From: a candidate division WOR-3 bacterium
Lineage (GTDB): Bacteria > Hydrothermota > Tepidihabitantia > Tepidihabitantales > Tepidihabitantaceae
Direction: 5' to 3'
DNA: 19,749 nucleotides
Assembly: GCA_037441285.1 (NCBI GenBank)
Contig: JBBISL010000028.1
Coordinates: 1 to 19,749, forward strand
Of this stretch, positions 1-7,780 are shown piece by piece (position 1 is the first letter of the stretch; each line of letters begins with the position of its first letter). A program made the translations under genes and the position numbers. The notes under the pieces were generated by a model. That model was not told where the DNA came from and did no database searches. It saw only the letters and a list, made by a program, of their open reading frames with translations.

Positions 1-1102
1 AGTGCACCCTGGCCTGTGCAGCCAGCACATCACCGCCGCCCACATCGTTCTTGTGCGCCGGCGCATCAAACACCCGGAGCCAGCGCGTCGCACCGGTTCC
101 GGTGTTGGAACCAACGGTGTAGATGTCGGTGTTGGCAGACTGGGTAAGGGTGCCGGTGACATACAAGGCAGAAGAACCAAGTGCCACCCCGGTGGGCTCA
201 ACACCGCGATTGGAACCGGTGTAACTCTTTGCCCACAACTGGGTACCATCGGTTGAGTACTTAACCACAATCATCTTGTAAGGTGCCGGTAAAGGTCGGG
301 TTGCGCCCTTGCCCACGACATAAACACCTGACCCATCAACCGCAATCCTGAGTCCGTTTTCCGGGGTGCTGTCACTGCCATAAAATTTGTCCCACTCCTG
401 GGCACCGTTCGCCGTGTACTTCACCGTGAGGATGTTGTCGTTGTTTCCGCCCTGAACACTGGACCCGGTAACATACACCGCACCGTCTGAACCCACCGCA
501 ATCGCCCGGCTCACATCCGCACCCCCGCCATCGTAACTCTGGTGCCATGCCTCGCCGCCGGTCCCATTGTACTTAATCGTAATATAGTCCTCAACATTGT
601 CCGCATTCTTCTCGTACCCGGTCACATAGACATTACCCGAACCATCAATCGTCAACGCGGTTGGAGCATCGTCCTTTCCGGCTGGTCCCTGATATGTGGC
701 ACGCCAGGCTTCGCTGCCGTCGGCGTTAAGTTTTATTGTTAAAATGTCATAATTCGGATAGGTGCCGGTTGTGCCGGTAAGATAAATCGCACCCGCGGCA
801 TCAATCGCCGCTGCCGCCGCAATCTCATTGGAAGTACCAGAACCGGCAATCCTTTGTGCCCAAACACTATCCCCATTGGGAGAGTATTTAAACACAATAA
901 TGTCGTAAGCGGTACTTGTCCCCAGCGCGGTGCCCACAACGATGACATTGCGCTCCGCATCGGTAAAAACTGCGCACACCTCTTCATCACCATGCCCGGG
1001 ACCGTCGTAGCGCCGAACCCAGAGTGGACCATCAACTGCCAAAACCGTTCCATAAACAACCATCAGCATCCCGAAAATCGGGATGAAAACCTTCTTACTC
1101 AT
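1..1102 (-). CDS. Secreted beta-propeller repeat protein (SBBP-like repeats), 3' end runs off the window
   Basis: Not in the ORF track because it has no stop in the window. Read manually: AAGGAGGAG RBS, then ATG at 1102, MSKKVFIPIFGMLMVVYGTVLA signal-like peptide. Frame stays open to the edge (367 codons) with repeats of type 'IAVDGSGNVYVTG...DYITIKYN..G.E.W..SYDG'. Confidence 0.9.
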   Translation of the reverse strand, partial: MSKKVFIPIFGMLMVVYGTVLAVDGPLWVRRYDGPGHGDEEVCAVFTDAERNVIVVGTALGTSTAYDIIVFKYSPNGDSVWAQRIAGSGTSNEIAAAAAIDAAGAIYLTGTTGTYPNYDILTIKLNADGSEAWRATYQGPAGKDDAPTALTIDGSGNVYVTGYEKNADNVEDYITIKYNGTGGEAWHQSYDGGGADVSRAIAVGSDGAVYVTGSSVQGGNNDNILTVKYTANGAQEWDKFYGSDSTPENGLRIAVDGSGVYVVGKGATRPLPAPYKMIVVKYSTDGTQLWAKSYTGSNRGVEPTGVALGSSALYVTGTLTQSANTDIYTVGSNTGTGATRWLRVFDAPAHKNDVGGGDVLAAQARVH

Positions 1103-1131
1103 TGCTCCTCCTTTTAAAATTACTATTGTTT

Positions 1132-1159
1132 ATTTTAACCATCTATCAACTGTTGTCAA
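1132..1159 (-). promoter_or_regulatory. sigma70-type promoter for the leftward propeller gene
   Basis: Minus strand TTGACA (1159-1154), 16 nt, TAAAAT (1137-1132). Confidence 0.65.
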
Positions 1160-1185
1160 ATATTTCAAATGCAGCGCTTGGGATG

Positions 1186-1213
1186 TTGACAACTTAACTG
1201 AGGCGGGTATAAT
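1186..1213 (+). promoter_or_regulatory. sigma70-type promoter for the lipoprotein gene
   Basis: TTGACA (1186-1191), 16 nt, TATAAT (1208-1213), followed by AAAAGGAG RBS and ATG 1233. Confidence 0.8.
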
Positions 1214-1232
1214 GTTTTAAAAAGGAGACGCA

Positions 1233-1721
1233 ATGCGACGCACCTTAATCTCTATCATCTCCCTTGCTTCAATTCTATTGCTTGGCTGCCCCAAAGCCGC
1301 TAAACCCGAAATCAAACCGGCAGCCGGCAAAGAAAAAGCCGGCGAAACAAAACCACAATTTAATAGCCTGCTCGGTGATGTGTTTACCGGCACCGTTGCT
1401 GGTGTTGATTTAACCGGCTTACCCAAAAAACTGTTCTACCCCGGAGCCAAACCGCTTGCCCGTTATGGCAAGTACGAAAAAGCCCGCTGGGGCTGTTCTT
1501 ACAACTTTGAAACAACGGACTCTGCCGACAAGGTGTGGCAGTACTTCACCAAACTGCTTGCCGGCTGGAAACAGGCGGAAGAGGTCAATCACGAGCGCTA
1601 CACCCGGCGCAGTTATATCGGCTATGTTGACGGTGTGGACAAAGAGGTCGTTGATATCACCGTATCCCCTCAGGAGGGCAAAACCGTGATTGTCCTCGCC
1701 CACACCTATAATGAGTTGTAA
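1233..1721 (+). CDS. Putative lipoprotein of unknown function (162 aa)
   Basis: Basic N-terminus, hydrophobic stretch and lipobox LLGC; good RBS and promoter upstream. Confidence 0.85.
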   Translation: MRRTLISIISLASILLLGCPKAAKPEIKPAAGKEKAGETKPQFNSLLGDVFTGTVAGVDLTGLPKKLFYPGAKPLARYGKYEKARWGCSYNFETTDSADKVWQYFTKLLAGWKQAEEVNHERYTRRSYIGYVDGVDKEVVDITVSPQEGKTVIVLAHTYNEL

Positions 1722-1731
1722 AGGAAATCAA

Positions 1732-1760
1732 TTGACCGAACACCGGTAATCTGGTATAAT
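1732..1760 (+). promoter_or_regulatory. sigma70-type promoter with extended -10
   Basis: TTGACC (1732-1737), 17 nt, TATAAT (1755-1760) preceded by TG; GGGAGG RBS before ATG 1785. Confidence 0.75.
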
Positions 1761-1784
1761 ATATGAAAAGGAAGGGAGGTAAAA

Positions 1785-2435
1785 ATGAAGGGAATGGTTG
1801 CAGTACTCAGTCTGTGTTTCCTGTTTGTGCCCTATCTATCAGCGATACCTGTTGCCGGAATTCTTGAAACCGGTAACGCTACCGTTTTGGGCGACAGTAT
1901 TGTCTGGTACCTGACCAGTGCACCCGGTCCAATCGTTGAACCAACCCCAAACTGGGGGGGCGAACCCGGAACTGTTGACACAATCCAATTTACCCCGAAA
2001 AGTGAATGGCCCGACCGGCTCGAACTGTTCTACCGGGTTCAGGGAATTCCGTCCCGTTTTGAAATCGACCCGCTTGTACCCGACACCTGGTACGACCTGC
2101 CCAGTTACCTTGGTTTTCAGACACCCAAAGTCCGGTTTGAAGACGACTCCATCAGCGGGATTTACGAAACCAGCTTTGAGCATCGAAATAACCTGTTCTC
2201 AATTTTGCCCAACCCCACAACTTCGGGCAAGGTGCTCCTTACGGCGCCGGTTCCTGGGACCCCGGTCAGTTTGAGCATCTACGACATTACCGGCACCGAG
2301 GTTGTCCACAGGTCAACTTTAACCCGGTCCGAAGGGGTAAGTTTAGACCTGAACAGGTTAGCCCGGGGCACATATCTAATCCGTATCCAGGCGAACGGGA
2401 AGGAAGAAAGGCACAAACTCCTGTTGTTGAACTGA
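1785..2435 (+). CDS. Secreted protein with T9SS type A-like C-terminal sorting domain (216 aa)
   Basis: Signal peptide; C-terminus ILPNPTTSG...LSIYDITG...LARGTYLIRI...KLLL matches the PNP / IYDxxG / GxY / KL sorting-domain pattern. Confidence 0.85.
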   Translation: MKGMVAVLSLCFLFVPYLSAIPVAGILETGNATVLGDSIVWYLTSAPGPIVEPTPNWGGEPGTVDTIQFTPKSEWPDRLELFYRVQGIPSRFEIDPLVPDTWYDLPSYLGFQTPKVRFEDDSISGIYETSFEHRNNLFSILPNPTTSGKVLLTAPVPGTPVSLSIYDITGTEVVHRSTLTRSEGVSLDLNRLARGTYLIRIQANGKEERHKLLLLN

Positions 2436-2448
2436 GCAACGCAGGTAT

Positions 2449-2478
2449 AAAGGCGGGCATTATGCCCGCCTTTTGTTT
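2449..2478. terminator. Bidirectional intrinsic terminator between convergent genes
   Basis: AAAGGCGGGCAT-T-ATGCCCGCCTTT inverted repeat with T-tract after and A-tract before. Confidence 0.85.
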
Positions 2479-2481
2479 TAA

Positions 2482-4110
2482 CTAATCAACAAACGCCAGC
2501 GGGGTCTGCAGTTCGGGCCGGCGGTATTCGGGCAAGACCATCGGAGAACGCCGGTTTTTCGGCACCCCTGTTTTTTTCAGTTCCGCCTCAAACTGACTCA
2601 GGTGCTTGAACCCGCAACTGCGCACCGTTGTCTTCTTTGCCTTTTCCGCCGCACTTCTGCCCGCCCGGCGACCAAAAACCAGGATGTCAAGGAGCGAGTT
2701 GCCCATCAACCGGTTTCTGCCATGGATGCCACCCGCCACTTCACCTGCGGCATAAAGGTTCTTTACCCCGGTCTCGCCCTGGTCGTTGATTAAAACCCCA
2801 CCGTTCTGATAGTGCTGGGTGGGATAGGTCAAAATCGGCTCTTTGTCCATATAAATCCCGAACCGGGCAAACTGATGGTACATCGCGGGCAGGTTCGCCT
2901 TGACCGCACCTTCGCCTTTGAGGATTTCAATCAGCGGCGTATCAAGCCAAACCCCGAGCCTGCCAGTTGGAGTCACCACCCCGTTCTTTCTGCCCACGCA
3001 CTCCCGGATGATTGCCGAAGCGGTGATGTCCCGGCTCTCCAGTTCGTAGATAAACCGGTTGCCGTGCACATTGACCAGATGGGCACCAAGCCCACGCACC
3101 TTTTCGGTAATCAACTGCCCGACAATCTGTTCCGGATAGGCAACACCGGTCGGATGGTACTGAATCGTGTCAATAAACGCCAGTTTTGCCCCAGCCCGAT
3201 AGGCTAATACCAGCCCATCCGCGGTTGCGCCGTAATGGTTTGTGCAGGGAAAACCCTGAATGTGCAGTCTGCCACAGCCGCCGGTCGCGAGAATCACCGT
3301 CTTTGCCCTTACCGTGAACAACTCGTTCGTATCTAAGTTGACAAACGCCGCACCGGTGCAGGCGCCCTCATCATCGGTCAAAAGTTCCAGCGCCGCACAG
3401 AACTCAAGAACCGTCAATTCCCGGTTACGAAACTCATCGCGCAGGGTGCGCATAATCTCGGCACCGGTATAGTCCCGGCAGGCGTGCATCCGCTTGCGCG
3501 AGGTCCCACCGCCGTGAATCGTCTTCATCGTGCCGTCCGGCTCTTTGTCAAACATCACCCCTAACTTTTCCAGCCAGGCGATTATTTGCGGCGCATCGGT
3601 AACCAGTGCCCGTGCCAGTTCCGGGATGTTTTTGAAATGGCCCCCACCCAAAACATCAAGGTAGTGCCTTTCCGGCGAGTCGTTCGGTTTATCTGCCGCC
3701 TGAATTCCGCCCTGCGCCATCATCGTATTGGCGTCACCCAGGCGCAGTTTCGTGGTCAAAAGCACCTTTGCCCCATGCTCGGCCGCGGTTAACGCCGCTG
3801 CTACACCGGCACCACCACCGCCAATGATTAACACATCAACATCAAACTTCGGATTGTCCGGCTCAAACCGCTTCGGCTCAACCAGAGGCCAGGCTTCAAG
3901 AATATCTGCCAGTTCTTGCGGTGTCCGGTCTCCCTTGTTCGGACCAACGGTGAGCGCCCGCATACTGGTCTCAATGTAATCGGGATGGAACGACTTCAAG
4001 AGCGCCTTCTTACTTTCGGCGTCGAGCAACGGAATCTTACCCTGCTTGATTCGCTCCTGCCTGGTCGCCTCCAGTTTTTTAATCGACTCCTGCATTGACT
4101 CTGGATACAT
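2482..4110 (-). CDS. Fumarate reductase/succinate dehydrogenase flavoprotein-family protein (FAD_binding_2), 542 aa
   Basis: GGGGAG FAD motif, AQGG, ATGG, QYHPT, TEKVRG, SRD, HYQNGG, YAAGE and HGRNRLMGNSL motifs; adjacent to Fe-S subunit and fumarase genes. Confidence 0.92.
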   Translation of the reverse strand: MYPESMQESIKKLEATRQERIKQGKIPLLDAESKKALLKSFHPDYIETSMRALTVGPNKGDRTPQELADILEAWPLVEPKRFEPDNPKFDVDVLIIGGGGAGVAAALTAAEHGAKVLLTTKLRLGDANTMMAQGGIQAADKPNDSPERHYLDVLGGGHFKNIPELARALVTDAPQIIAWLEKLGVMFDKEPDGTMKTIHGGGTSRKRMHACRDYTGAEIMRTLRDEFRNRELTVLEFCAALELLTDDEGACTGAAFVNLDTNELFTVRAKTVILATGGCGRLHIQGFPCTNHYGATADGLVLAYRAGAKLAFIDTIQYHPTGVAYPEQIVGQLITEKVRGLGAHLVNVHGNRFIYELESRDITASAIIRECVGRKNGVVTPTGRLGVWLDTPLIEILKGEGAVKANLPAMYHQFARFGIYMDKEPILTYPTQHYQNGGVLINDQGETGVKNLYAAGEVAGGIHGRNRLMGNSLLDILVFGRRAGRSAAEKAKKTTVRSCGFKHLSQFEAELKKTGVPKNRRSPMVLPEYRRPELQTPLAFVD

Positions 4111-4113
4111 CTT

Positions 4114-4866
4114 TTACTCCGGTTCAATATCCCGCGCCTCGTAGTAGAGGCGGGAAAGCTCTTCTTCACTCATCTTGGTCAGTTTGTCCAGCCCCGGTTC
4201 AAACGCCCCGGCTTCAATCTCCTTCAGCCGTTCCTGAAGATGCGCCGCCCGGGGTGCAATCTTCGCCCCGTAAAGCCGGCGGGCAAGCAGCGCCACATTG
4301 TAATGGACAATCTCCGCCGGACAGCGGCTGGCACAGAGTCCGCACATAATACAGTCAAACGACATATCCGCGACCTTAGCAATATCACCCCGAATCGCCG
4401 CCTGCACATAACCCATCACATCAATGTCCTGGGGACAGATTTTTGTACAGGAGTTGCAGGCGATACAGCGCATCAGTTCCGGATAGTAGCGCACCAAAAC
4501 CTGCGTGTCCGCTTTGAGTTCGTCAATGTTGTAAATCTTCTTGTTCGCCGGGTAGAAAGGAATCTGGGTCAAATACATCCCATCTTCCACCACTGTCTGA
4601 CAGGCAAGCCCGACCTTCAGTTTATAGGAGTCCCGGGTCCGATACACCGTACCGCAGGCACCGCAGAAACCGCCCCGGCACCCGCAACCGCGGATAAACC
4701 GATACCCGGCATACTCCATCGCCTTCATAATCGTCAACTCTTTGGGCACCTGATACGCCTCACCCATCACATATATCGTCACAAACTGCTGCGACCCGCT
4801 TCCCGGCGCCCGCTCCTGTTCCTTTTTTATCTTAACCCGGCGTCCTTTAATCTTTTCCTTTTCCAT
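4114..4866 (-). CDS. Iron-sulfur subunit (N-terminal 2Fe-2S plus 2x[4Fe-4S]), FrdB/SdhB-like partner
   Basis: CRGGFCGAC...LACQ 2Fe-2S motif; CIACNSCTKICP and CIMCGLCASRCP. Start placed at ATG 4866 because AGGAGG lies 10 nt upstream, whereas the track's TTG 4875 is too close to the RBS. Confidence 0.9.
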   Translation of the reverse strand: MEKEKIKGRRVKIKKEQERAPGSGSQQFVTIYVMGEAYQVPKELTIMKAMEYAGYRFIRGCGCRGGFCGACGTVYRTRDSYKLKVGLACQTVVEDGMYLTQIPFYPANKKIYNIDELKADTQVLVRYYPELMRCIACNSCTKICPQDIDVMGYVQAAIRGDIAKVADMSFDCIMCGLCASRCPAEIVHYNVALLARRLYGAKIAPRAAHLQERLKEIEAGAFEPGLDKLTKMSEEELSRLYYEARDIEPE

Positions 4867-4871
4867 AATCC

Positions 4872-5435
4872 TCAACCCTCCTTTCGAAACCTCCTCACGC
4901 CCTCCTCATAAAGGTCGCCACCATAACAGTCATTGACCACAATCAGCGGCAGGTCTTCAACTAAAAGTTCCTGCACCGCTTCCGGTCCCAAATCCTCATA
5001 GGCGATTAGCGTTGCTCGCTTTACACACTGGGCAAGAAGCGCTGCCGCACCACCCACCGCGGCAAAGTAAACCGCACCGTGCCGCTTCATCGCCTCAATC
5101 ACTGCGGGACTGCGGTTGCCTTTACCAATCATCCCTTTGAGCCCCACCGACAAAAGTTTCGGGGTGTAAGGGTCCATCCGATAGGATGTGGTTGGCCCGC
5201 ATGCGCCAATTGGTTTGCCCGGTTTTGCCGGACTGGGACCAACATAGTAAATCACCGCACCCTGAATCTCAAATGGCAGTTTCTCCCCGCGCTCTAAACT
5301 CTCCACCAGCCTTTTGTGTGCCAGGTCCCGGGCGGTGTAAACCTTGCCCGACAAAAGCACCGCATCCCCGGCACGCAAAAGCCGGACCGCATCATCGGCC
5401 AACGGCGTACTGATTCTTTTGCGCTCACTCGTCAT
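4872..5435 (-). CDS. Class I (Fe-S) fumarate hydratase / tartrate dehydratase beta subunit
   Basis: LSGKVYTARDLAHKR, GPTTSYRM, MIGKG, DLGPEA and ND.YGGDLY motifs; ATGA overlap with the alpha subunit. Confidence 0.93.
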   Translation of the reverse strand: MTSERKRISTPLADDAVRLLRAGDAVLLSGKVYTARDLAHKRLVESLERGEKLPFEIQGAVIYYVGPSPAKPGKPIGACGPTTSYRMDPYTPKLLSVGLKGMIGKGNRSPAVIEAMKRHGAVYFAAVGGAAALLAQCVKRATLIAYEDLGPEAVQELLVEDLPLIVVNDCYGGDLYEEGVRRFRKEG

Positions 5436-6301
5436 AAAATCGCACTCTTATGCCTTGCCGCATGGCAGTTGATATTGACCGCACAGGGCATCGTCGCAAT
5501 GTGGCAGGGAAAAGCCTCAATGAACACCGCTAAAGCGGTAACCCTGCCACCAAGACCCTGCGGACCGATTCCCAGCCGATTGATTTCATTCAGCAACTCC
5601 TGCTCCAGTTGCGCATAGAACGGGTCCGGATGTACCGAACCCACCTCGCGTAAAAGCGCCCGTTTTGCCAGTTGCGCGCACTTCTCAAATGTCCCGCCAA
5701 TACCCACGCCCACGATAATCGGCGGACAGGGGTTCGCCTGCGAGCGCCACACCCGGTCCACCACAAACCGCTTTATCCCTTCAACCCCATCCGCGGCAGA
5801 GAGCATCTTCACCTCGCTCATATTTTCACTGCCCCCGCCTTTGGGCTGCACCGTTATCTTCAACCGGGTCCCGGGCACAATATCATAGTAAACAATCGCC
5901 GGCGTATTGTTACCGGTGTTTTTTCGGCGCAGCGGGTCCGCAACAATTGACTTTCTCAAATAACCTTCGGTATAGCCCTTTGCCACCCCTTCCTGAATTG
6001 CGGTACCCAGCTCGCCACCGGTAATTCGCACTTCAGAACCAATCTCAACCCAGACAACCGCCCAACCAGTGTCCTGACATATCGGCATCATCTCGGCACG
6101 GGCAATCTCCTGATTCTTAAGAAGCTGCTTAAAAATCTCCCTGCCGGTTTCCGACTCTTCTGCCTTTAAACCGTTCTCCAGCGCCCGCACCATATCCTCA
6201 CCTAAAACGCAGTTCGCTTCAATGCACAACCGGGCAACCGTCTCTTTCACCAGTTCAAACGAAATCTCCCGGCATTGACTATTTCCCGATTGCGCCACCA
6301 T
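5432..6301 (-). CDS. Class I (Fe-S) fumarate hydratase / tartrate dehydratase alpha subunit
   Basis: PICQDTG, NTGNNTPA, KGGGSEN, NPCPP, GVGIGG, GIGPQGLGG, HIA and NCHAARH motifs. Confidence 0.93.
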   Translation of the reverse strand: MVAQSGNSQCREISFELVKETVARLCIEANCVLGEDMVRALENGLKAEESETGREIFKQLLKNQEIARAEMMPICQDTGWAVVWVEIGSEVRITGGELGTAIQEGVAKGYTEGYLRKSIVADPLRRKNTGNNTPAIVYYDIVPGTRLKITVQPKGGGSENMSEVKMLSAADGVEGIKRFVVDRVWRSQANPCPPIIVGVGIGGTFEKCAQLAKRALLREVGSVHPDPFYAQLEQELLNEINRLGIGPQGLGGRVTALAVFIEAFPCHIATMPCAVNINCHAARHKSAIL

Positions 6302-6310
6302 CGCCTCCGC

Positions 6311-6967
6311 TTACAGCGCTGGTAAAAGCACCCAGGTCTCGGTCCCTGCCCGCAGCAGTTCCGATTTGACCTCAACCTCGGATTTGCCCATCCGCTTCAC
6401 CCCAGGTGCCAGTTTCAAAAACTCCTCAACCCCGGCAATGCCAAAACCCAATTTCGGCGTCTTGTAGTGCATCGGAATTACCAGCCGGGGCTTAACCAGC
6501 TTCACAACCTCTGCTGCCTGATGGGCATCAATCGTAAACACACCACCCACCGGCACAAAAATGACATCAACCCTGCCCAGAACCGACAACACCGCTTCAT
6601 CCGGAATGTGCCCCAAATCACCCAAATGCACCAGACGCAGGTTGTCAACATCATAGACGAAAATGGTGTTTGTACCCCGCTCCTTGCCCTTTGCCGGGTC
6701 GTGGAAACTTGCTAACCCTTTAATCTTCACCCCTTTTATCGTCCATTCGCCCTCGCCTTTGAGAACCCGCGGTCTTCCTGGCAAATCGCGCGCCCCATTG
6801 TGGTCCGCATGCTCATGGCTCACCGTAACGATGTCCGCTATCTCCTGTATCTTACCATAGCCGACCGCACCATCATAAGCACCCGGCACATAAGGGTCGG
6901 TAATAATCTTCACGCCATCATCAGCGGTAAAAAGGAATGCTGCATGACCCAACCACTTCACCTTCAT
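6311..6967 (-). CDS. MBL-fold metallo-hydrolase (beta-lactamase superfamily III-like), 218 aa
   Basis: WLGHAAF, ITDPY, SHEHADH, FHD, HLGDLG, PVGG and IPMHY motifs. Confidence 0.92.
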   Translation of the reverse strand: MKVKWLGHAAFLFTADDGVKIITDPYVPGAYDGAVGYGKIQEIADIVTVSHEHADHNGARDLPGRPRVLKGEGEWTIKGVKIKGLASFHDPAKGKERGTNTIFVYDVDNLRLVHLGDLGHIPDEAVLSVLGRVDVIFVPVGGVFTIDAHQAAEVVKLVKPRLVIPMHYKTPKLGFGIAGVEEFLKLAPGVKRMGKSEVEVKSELLRAGTETWVLLPAL

Positions 6968-7000
6968 TGCATCCCCTTTCCTGGCACGGCTAACCTCAAA

Positions 7001-7258
7001 CTAATTCGCCGGATAGACCGAAATCCGCTTCTTATCCCGGCTTGCCCATTCAAAACGGACCACGCCATCCTGCAGGGCATAAAGGGTGTCATCGCTACCC
7101 CGACCAACATTTTTGCCCGGCAGAATCCTGGTGCCACGCTGCCGGACAAGAACCTCGCCGGTGCGTACAAACTCACCGCCGTACGCTTTAACGCCGAGCC
7201 GCTTGCCCGCGCTGTCGCGGCCATTTTTGGCGGTACCGCCACCTTTCTTATGTGCCAT
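7001..7258 (-). CDS. rpmA: 50S ribosomal protein L27
   Basis: [22 protein letters not shown]...[31 protein letters not shown]. Confidence 0.98.
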   Translation of the reverse strand: MAHKKGGGTAKNGRDSAGKRLGVKAYGGEFVRTGEVLVRQRGTRILPGKNVGRGSDDTLYALQDGVVRFEWASRDKKRISVYPAN

Positions 7259-7306
7259 AAACGCTCCTTTCTCTTACTCCTGTTGTTAAGATGAACACAA
7301 GAGTAA

Positions 7307-7335
7307 ATTATAATTACCCCGTCCTTAAAAGTCAA
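7307..7335 (-). promoter_or_regulatory. sigma70-type promoter directly upstream of rpmA
   Basis: Minus strand TTGACT (7335-7330), 17 nt, TATAAT (7312-7307). Confidence 0.75.
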
Positions 7336-7340
7336 ATCAA

Positions 7341-7631
7341 TTATCCGGCTAATGCTGGCCATCAACCGGAACTGACATTTTTCCAGCCGGCGGCAGGTGC
7401 AAAACTGCCGGTGTGCCGATGGTCGTTTACCTTGATGGGCATTGTCCAGTTTGTATCTCCAGGACACCAGGTGAACATCAGTGATTCTGATGTCACTATT
7501 GTATAACATACGGTCGGAGCGCCCGATGACCAATGGGTAGCGATACTGGGCATCTGTTCATTGTTATCGGTATCCCCGGGACCGATACCTTCATTACCAC
7601 CATAAGACCAGATTGTGTCATTATAGGTAAA
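7341..7631 (-). pseudogene. Internal fragment of a secreted propeller-family gene (resembles part of the 9713..11395 protein)
   Basis: Stop-to-stop frame FTYNDTIWSYGG...DNNEQMPSIATHWSSGAPTVCY...GDTNWTMPIKVNDHRHTG...SSG*WPALAG*. It has no signal peptide or RBS-supported start and aligns by eye with DRSERYPDL..SFGNPYV..Y..DPINWSDTLRINTN..GTG. Confidence 0.55.
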
Positions 7632-7780
7632 TTAAAGTATTAACCTATTTATTTACCATTCAAGTCAAGCAAACCATCACCTAACGGTTTCAATCTTTTA
7701 TTATCGTGCCCTAATCCGGGATAGGAAAAAGGCAGGGCGGGGTTTACCGCCTGATTATAAACCTGCAGGGTTGCACATCC

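Noticed and set aside
2..1117. Track ORFs 2..256, 542..742, 739..1059 and 854..1117
   Set aside because: They are antisense or off-frame shadows of the real minus-strand propeller gene (<1..1102).
2602..7294. Numerous plus-strand ORFs (e.g. 2812..3207, 4240..4911, 6800..7294)
   Set aside because: They lie antisense to well-supported conserved genes and show no motifs or RBS.
6964..7533. 189-aa minus-strand ORF overlapping rpmA, considered as a possible rplU
   Set aside because: It has no L21 motifs, overlaps rpmA out of frame and spans the rpmA promoter.
7726..7753. GGCGG/CCGCC hairpin with upstream A-tract, a possible minus-strand terminator
   Set aside because: The stem is short and offset from the tract, and no minus-strand gene ends nearby; too weak to call.
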